Translations under genes and position numbers: made by a program | Part shown: positions 57,987 through 64,000 of the stretch, piece after piece | Layout of the letters: every line of letters starts with the position of its first letter | How positions within the stretch are numbered: the first letter of the stretch is position 1 | NCBI GenBank assembly: GCA_963845515.1 | Contig: CAWJSR010000039.1 | Location: 49,768 to 113,767, forward strand | DNA from: an uncultured delta proteobacterium | GTDB lineage: Bacteria > Myxococcota > Myxococcia > Myxococcales > Anaeromyxobacteraceae | Direction: 5' to 3' | DNA length: 64,000 nt | Notes under the pieces: model-generated | What the model saw: the letters and a program-made list of their open reading frames with translations, nothing else | Told to the model about the DNA's origin: nothing | Databases searched by the model: none

Positions 57987-58940
57987 TCACTTTTTGTCCG
58001 GTGTATTGCGCTGGCGGCTCTTTCCCCACAGATCCTTCGTGTCGAACTCGGTGTCGGGGGCGCGGGTATCGAGGATGACCTGCGGACTCTTCGAGCGCTC
58101 CCGGTGACCGGCCACGTCGCGGGCCACGGCCTCGATGGTCTGCTGCCCCTCGCGCAGGAAGACGACGTGCGTGAAGACGCCGTCGGGTCCGGCGCGAACG
58201 CGCTCACCGCCCACCGAGACCAGCGCACCGGGGCTGGCGCGCCCCCTCACGACGATCCGCCGGCGGTTGGTCTCGCGCGTCGTCGGCCAGTCGACCTTCA
58301 GGAGCAGCGAGCGGGGCATCGTGACCGGCGTCGACGGAGCCTTCCCGCGCTCGGCAATGGACTGCTGCCCGGCGCGAACCGCGACAATCTGTCCGCCGGA
58401 ACCCAATTGAGCTTCACCCTCGGTCACTCCGACGGCCACCCTGCCTTCGCTCGCGGCGACCGTCACTCGCCCGCCGCCGGTCCGGACGGTGGCGTCGTCC
58501 GACGACTCGATGACGACGACGCGGCCGGTGTCTCCCTTCACCTTGGCCTCCGCGAGCCCTTCGTCGAGCCGGAACCGCGAGAGCTCGGCCGCGATCTCCT
58601 TGACGCCGAAGCGCGCCGCGCCGTCGAGCAGGACCTGGTAGCTCTCCCCTGCGCCGAGCTCGATCGCGCTCCCCGCGGTCGTCTCTATCGCGTCGGACTC
58701 CTGCAGGACGGTGCCCGGGACCAGCCGGATGCGCTCCCCGGAGGCGCGCGTCAGCCAGGCCTCACCCGTGGCGCGCGTGACCTGGACGCTCGGCGCTAGA
58801 GGACTCGCAGCGGGCTGGGTCGGGGCGCCGACCCCGGCCGCAGGACCGCGCCCGAAGAGCAGCCACCAGGCGAGCAGGACGGCGGCGCCCATGGCGAGGA
58901 GCGCGCCTGCGAAGAGGGTTCGCTCCTTCGGCAGCGCCAT
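57987..58940 (-). CDS. Membrane-anchored FecR-domain protein with C-terminal Ig-like domain
   Basis: N-terminal TM; ESDAIET, V.V.EGEA; VRGRASPGA.V.V.G...DGVF...LREGQQTIE.VARDVAG. Confidence 0.72.
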   Translation of the reverse strand: MALPKERTLFAGALLAMGAAVLLAWWLLFGRGPAAGVGAPTQPAASPLAPSVQVTRATGEAWLTRASGERIRLVPGTVLQESDAIETTAGSAIELGAGESYQVLLDGAARFGVKEIAAELSRFRLDEGLAEAKVKGDTGRVVVIESSDDATVRTGGGRVTVAASEGRVAVGVTEGEAQLGSGGQIVAVRAGQQSIAERGKAPSTPVTMPRSLLLKVDWPTTRETNRRRIVVRGRASPGALVSVGGERVRAGPDGVFTHVVFLREGQQTIEAVARDVAGHRERSKSPQVILDTRAPDTEFDTKDLWGKSRQRNTPDKK

Positions 58941-58949
58941 GCGCCTCTC

Positions 58950-60755
58950 TTACGCCTGGGCACGGGAGACGGGCAAGCGGACGACGAAGGTGCTCCCCTC
59001 GCCCACATGCGACTCGATGACGATGCGGCCGCCGTGCTCCGCGACGATCCGGTAGGAGACGGAGAGCCCCAGGCCGACGTTGGTCCAGAGATCCTTCGTG
59101 GTGAAGAAGGGCTCGAAGATCCGGTCGAGGTGCTCCGGAGGGATCCCCCTCCCCTCGTCGCTCACCTCGACGAGCGCCTCGTCCCCCTCGACCCGCGTGG
59201 CGACGCGGACGCGCGCCCCGGGCTTGCCGAGGCAGGCGGCGTGGGCGTTGTTGAGGAGGTGGAGCACCACCTGCTGGAGGTGTCCGGCGTCGCCGAGGAC
59301 CTGCGGGCTCGGCTCGGCGAGCGCGGACTCCACGAACGCACCGGCCGCGCGCGCCTGCTCGGTCGTGAGCGAGAGCGCCTCGGTCACCACCCCGTTCAGC
59401 TCGATGAGCTTGAAGTCCGGCTCCAGCCGCTGCTCGCTGAAGCGGAGGAGGTTCTGCGTGATGTCGCGGCAGCGGCGCGAGAGCTGCTCGATCTTCTCCA
59501 CGAGATCCCTCCCCTCGGCTCCCTCCGGGAGCGTCTCCAGGAGCAGCTGGGCGTTGCCGAGGATGCCGGTGAGCGGGTTGTTGATCTCGTGGGCGACGCC
59601 GCCGCCGAGCTGCCCGACCGCGGCGAGCTTCTGCGCCTCGACGAGCCGTGCCTGCGCCTCCTTCAGCTCGCGGGTCCGCTCCTCGACCTGGCGCTGCAGC
59701 TCCTCGTTCCAGCCCTGAAGCCTCCTTCGCGCCCCCTGCAGCTCGCCGGCCATGCCGTTGAAGGCGCGCGCCACGTCACCCAGCTCGTCGGCGCCATGCT
59801 CCGGCACGCGCACGGTCAGGTCGCCGCCGCCCAGCGCGCCGGCGGCCGCCTGGAGCGACGCGAGCCGGCCGGTGAGCCCGCGGGCGATGAGGAGCGCCAC
59901 CAGGAGCGCGACCGCGGCGACCGCGGCGCTCGCGCCGAGCACCGCCCTCCGGAGCGCAGCCACCTCGCGGAAGGCGACCGCGGCCGGGAGCCGGACCGCC
60001 ACCGCCCAGGACGCGATCTCGGGGAGGACGGCGACGCCCGCCAGCGCCACGCCGTCGGCCGCGCTCACCGTGCCGCCGCCGGCTCCCGAGCGCCGGAGCG
60101 CGCCGAGCGCCTCCTGCTCCGGCGGCGCGAGCAGCATCGCCACCGTGGCCGAGACGAGCGGCTTCCCCGAGCCGTCGAGCAGCCACGCCGTCCGCCCGCC
60201 CTCCGAGAGCGCGTCCAGCCGCCGGCGGATCGACGCGGGCTCGAGCCTCACCGCCACGACCCAGCGCTCGGCGCGCTGCGAGCGGACCTCGCGGAGCACC
60301 GCGATCGACTGCTCGCTGCGGCCGAAGAGGCCGAACGCGGTCCCCTCCCAGCGGGCGGTCCGGTGCGCCTCCAGCGCGTGCTCGACGAACGGCGCGAGGT
60401 TCGGATCGTCGGGGCCGCTCGCGCCCCAGACCTGCGCCCGGCCGCCGGCGTCGACCGCCACCGCCGCGCTCGCGTCGGGGACCTGACGCGTGATCAGGAA
60501 GAGGAGCGCGCGGATCTCCGCGGCGTCGAGGCGGGTCGGGTTCCACGCGTCGAGCGTGCGGCCGAGGTCGGCCTGGACCTGCATCAGGTCGCGCGCGATG
60601 GCCTCGGCCCCGGCGCGCGCGGCCGTCGCCTGCTCCTGGACGGCGCGGTGCGCCAGCGCCCGCTCGGAGCGCGCGACGACGGAGAAGGCCACCCCGACCA
60701 GCGGCAGGACGGCGGCGGCGAAGGCGAAGAGGGCCAGCTTCCTGCCGAGCGTCAC
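58950..60755 (-). CDS. Membrane sensor histidine kinase (periplasmic domain, HAMP, NtrB-like HisKA, HATPase)
   Basis: Two TM helices; DELGDVARAFNGM; GGVAHEINNPL; QV.LHLLNNA; DEGRGI, IFEPFFTTK, GLGL. Confidence 0.92.
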   Translation of the reverse strand: MTLGRKLALFAFAAAVLPLVGVAFSVVARSERALAHRAVQEQATAARAGAEAIARDLMQVQADLGRTLDAWNPTRLDAAEIRALLFLITRQVPDASAAVAVDAGGRAQVWGASGPDDPNLAPFVEHALEAHRTARWEGTAFGLFGRSEQSIAVLREVRSQRAERWVVAVRLEPASIRRRLDALSEGGRTAWLLDGSGKPLVSATVAMLLAPPEQEALGALRRSGAGGGTVSAADGVALAGVAVLPEIASWAVAVRLPAAVAFREVAALRRAVLGASAAVAAVALLVALLIARGLTGRLASLQAAAGALGGGDLTVRVPEHGADELGDVARAFNGMAGELQGARRRLQGWNEELQRQVEERTRELKEAQARLVEAQKLAAVGQLGGGVAHEINNPLTGILGNAQLLLETLPEGAEGRDLVEKIEQLSRRCRDITQNLLRFSEQRLEPDFKLIELNGVVTEALSLTTEQARAAGAFVESALAEPSPQVLGDAGHLQQVVLHLLNNAHAACLGKPGARVRVATRVEGDEALVEVSDEGRGIPPEHLDRIFEPFFTTKDLWTNVGLGLSVSYRIVAEHGGRIVIESHVGEGSTFVVRLPVSRAQA

Positions 60756-63700
60756 GGCGCCGCCCGCTCGCCAGCGTCCGGCGGATCGACGAGGTGCACG
60801 CTGCCGGGGATGGTCTTGGCCCGGTGCTTCAGCTCCGCGGCGGCGCGCGCGAGCTCTGCGTGCCCGCGGAAGCGGCCGGGGGTGGCCACCACGGTGGCCG
60901 CGGAGAGGGCGAGGAGCGGGAACTGGCGCCGCGCCCCGAACCGGTCGGCCGCCTCGATGAAGCCGCGCTCGCGGTCCTCGCGCTCGTAGTAGAGCGGGAT
61001 GACGCGATCGAACGCGGCGATCGCCTCGCCGCAGACGGCGCCCGCGCGGTCCGGAGCGGTGAGGAGCACGAAGTCGTCGCCCCCCACGTGACCGAGGAAG
61101 GCGCCGTCGCCGCCGTGGGCCGCGATCGTCTCGCGCAGGATGGTCGCGAGCTGGATGAGGACGCCGTCCGCCTTCGCGTAGCCGTAGGTGTCGTTGTAGG
61201 CCTTGAGGTTGTCGAGGTCGAGGTAGGAGAGCGCGAACGGGACGGCTGCGTCGAACCGGCGGCTGACCTCCTGATCGATGGCGCGTCCGCCCGGGAGCCT
61301 CGTCATCGGCGAGGCCAGGAGCGCGCTCTCGCGCCGCCGGATGACGGCGTCGACGCGCGCCACCAGCTCCCGGGCGTCGAAGGGCTTCGTGACGTAGTCG
61401 TCGGCGCCGAGCCGCAGCCCCTTCACCTTGTCGCTCGTCCCCACGCGCGAGGTCAGGAAGACGAGACCGAAGGGGCTGGCGGAGCGCGCCGGGGCGAGCG
61501 CCTCGGCCAGCTCGAAGCCGTCGCCGTCGGGGAGCTGGACGTCGAGGATCACCAGCTCCGGGCGGCCGGTCAGGACCGCCTCCCGGGCGGAGGCGCAGTC
61601 ACCCGCCTCGAGCACCGTGAAGCCGTGGCTCGAGAGCACCTCTGCGCAGATGGCGCGGATGGACGGGTCGTCGTCCACCACCAGCACGCGCGCGCCCGCC
61701 GACCGCCCCGGGTGGAGGAGGTCCGAGGCGACCGCCTCCAGCTCGCCCGGCGCGACGGGCTTCTGCACGAAGCGGTCGGCGCCCGAGCGGAGCGCGCCCT
61801 CACGGGCAGCTGGCCTCGAGGTGGCGAGCAGCGCGGTCCGGCGGGTCTCCGCGTCGCTGCGGAACACCTCCGCGAAGCGGAGGTCGCGCAGCGCCGCCAG
61901 CTCCGGCTCGTAGACGAGGAGCGCCGGCGGCGCGCGGCGAGCGATCGCCAGGGCGTCCTCCGGGGACGAGACGGTCCTGACCCGCCAGCCAGAGCGGGAG
62001 AGGATCCAGCGCGCGAAGGGGGCCGAGCCTGCGTCGTCCATCACTAGCGCGAGGGGGGGCTCGCCTCCGGCGCGGCGGGTGCCGCCCTGGGACAGCTCGG
62101 GCGGCGGCTCGGTCGGGAGGACGGTGACGAAGCGGACCCCCTCGCCGGGAGCGCTCTCCGCCCATATGGCGCCGCCGTGCGCCTCGACGATCCCGCGGCT
62201 GATCGGAAGCCCGAGCCCGGTCCCGCGGACCCGCCGCGTCCGGTCGTTCCGCGCCTGCTCGAACCGGTCGAAGATCCGCTCGAGGTCCGGCTCCTCGATC
62301 GGCTCGCCGGAGTTCCAGACGGCGATGGCGACGGCCGACGGGTAGTCGTCCGAGGCGAAGAGCCGGACGCGGATGGAGCCGCTCCCCGGCGTGAACTTCA
62401 CCGCGTTGCTGAGGAGGTTGGAGAGGACCTGGCCGATCCGCTGGCCGTCGACGACGGCGCGGATCGCCGGGATCGGGCTCTCGAGCCGGAGATCGAGCCC
62501 CTTCTCGGCGGCGGCCCCGTGGAAGCGCTCGACGGCGCCGCGGACGAGCTCGTCGAGCGCGGTCGGCTCGACCTCCATCCGCAGCTTGTCCTTGGCGAGC
62601 CGGGACAGATCGAGCAGGTCGTCGACCATCACGTTGAGCTTCTCTGCCGAGTCGCGCGCCATCTTCAGATAGCGCTCCTGCTTGGGCGGGAGCGGCCCCG
62701 CGAGCCCCTGCAGGATCAGATCGAGCGCGCCGGTGATCGAGGTGAGCGGGGTGCGCAGCTCGTGGCTCACCACCTGGACGAACTCCTCCTTCCGCTCGTC
62801 GAGCAGCTTCTGCTCGGTCACGTCGCGCAGCACGACCGCCACGCCGCCGAGCCGCCCCTCCCCGTCCACCACGCGGGTGAGCGCCCACGCGAGGGTCCGA
62901 TCGCGGACGCGGACCTCCTCGCTGACGAAGCTGCCGCCGCCGAGGGCGCCAGCGAGCTCATGGGATCGGGCGATCGGGTCGAACCCCAGCACCTCGGTGA
63001 GCCAGGCCGACCTGACCGGACCGCCCGGCGGCGCGCCGAGCATCCGGCAGGCGGCGGGGTTGGCGATCGCGTCCTCGGTCCCGACCCGGACGACCACGAG
63101 CCCGTCCGCCATCGCCTCGACGACCTGCTCGAGCCGCCGCCGCTCCCCCACCGCCTTGGCGGCGAAGGCACCGAGCGCCTCGCCCATCTCGTTGACCAGG
63201 AGGTCGAGCACGCGGGCGTCTCCCTCCCCGAACGCCTGCGTGCCGGCGCACTCCACGACGACGATGCCCGTCGTCTTTCCGTCGACCTGGACCGGGACGG
63301 TGAGGCGAGACGCGAAGGCCCCGGCGGCGCCGTCGCCGCCCGTGCTCGTGACCTTCACCTGGAGGTCCCGCTCGGGCGCCACGCGGCCGGTGCGCTCGGT
63401 CCAGGCGGCGAGCGCGTCCTCGCGGAGCGTCAGGAGGGCGCGATCGGAGAGGGCCGCCACCGGACGCAGGACCAGCACCGGCGGCCCGGCGTCGGGGACG
63501 AGGAGCGCCGCGGCGGCGTCGCACGTGACCACGCGTGGGAGGAGCTCGAGGAGCCGCTCCAGGAGCGCCTGCCTGCTCTCGGCGAGGCCCGACGTCCCGC
63601 GCGATCTCGGTCGCGACCTCTAGCGCCGCGATCCGGCGCTCCAGCTCGGCGTCGAGCCGCGCCTGCTCGCGCTTCAGCTTCACCTGCTCCAGCGCCCGCA

Positions 63701-64000
63701 GGATCGACTGGCGCAGGTCGACGTACTCCCAGGGCTTGGTCAGGTACCGGTAGACCTCCCCCTTGTTGATGGCGTCGATGATGTCGCGCGGGTCGGTGAA
63801 GGCGGTCAGGAGGATGACGCAGAGCCCCGGGCGCAGCCGCCGCGCGGCCGCGGCGAGCTCGATCCCGGTCATGCCGGGCATCCGCTGGTCGGTGACGAGG
63901 AGGTCGATCTCGCGGGCGCCGATGATCGCGAGCGCCTCCTCCCCTCCGGAGGCGGTAAGCGCGAGGTAGCCCTCACGCTCGGTGAAGATTCTCCTCAGGA
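60752..64000 (-). CDS. Hybrid signalling protein REC-GAF-PAS-HisKA-HATPase-REC(degenerate)-REC-GGDEF; 5' end off window; apparent +1 frameshift at 63588-63590
   Basis: LLVTDQRMPGMTG...YLTKPW; SHELRTPL; NLLSNAVKFT; GTGLGL; ILDVQLPD; DLDNLKAYNDTYGY..AD...GHVGGDDF. Confidence 0.85.

Noticed and set aside
61060..61230. Possible Hypr-type (3',3'-cGAMP) GGDEF
   Set aside because: The specificity position keeps Asp (YGYAKAD), not the Ser/Thr of Hypr enzymes

Overview
Very GC-rich bacterial chromosomal window, most likely Myxococcota and Anaeromyxobacter-like (inferred from MYXO-CTERM-type C-termini, a DUF4388-type response regulator and an IF3 with a C-terminal extension). Almost all genes are on the minus strand. 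1-13.6 kb holds the str (rpsL-rpsG-fusA-tuf), S10 and spc ribosomal protein clusters down to a partial secY; rplC (L3) is missing from its usual place. 14-27 kb holds an Fe/Mn SOD, mtgA, a UDP-glucuronate decarboxylase with an RHH regulator, two lipoproteins, two tandem 2-oxoacid:ferredoxin oxidoreductases with an FNR-type box between them, a GlcD-like oxidase, folE and ihfA. 27-44 kb holds pheT-pheS-rplT-rpmI-infC, a leuACD-ilvBNC operon with an unannotated 22-codon Val/Leu leader peptide and switchable helices, a glycosyltransferase/methyltransferase pair, thrS and tRNA-Val(GAC). 44-64 kb is an accessory envelope and signalling region: an LPP20/FlgT-like/FecR trio, a VOC protein, a REC-DUF4388 regulator, and a co-oriented cluster of a kinase-diguanylate cyclase hybrid, a HAMP kinase, a FecR-Ig protein and four large exported proteins (two MYXO-CTERM, one Ig-like, one very large putative beta-barrel). 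Five genes carry single-base frameshifts, several in G/C runs, which probably reflect sequencing or assembly error. Top findings: the ilv-leu leader attenuator, the candidate surface/adhesion system, a palindromic in-frame insertion in pheS, the absent rplC and the CUG start of infC. All family assignments come from motif recognition by eye; no searches were run.
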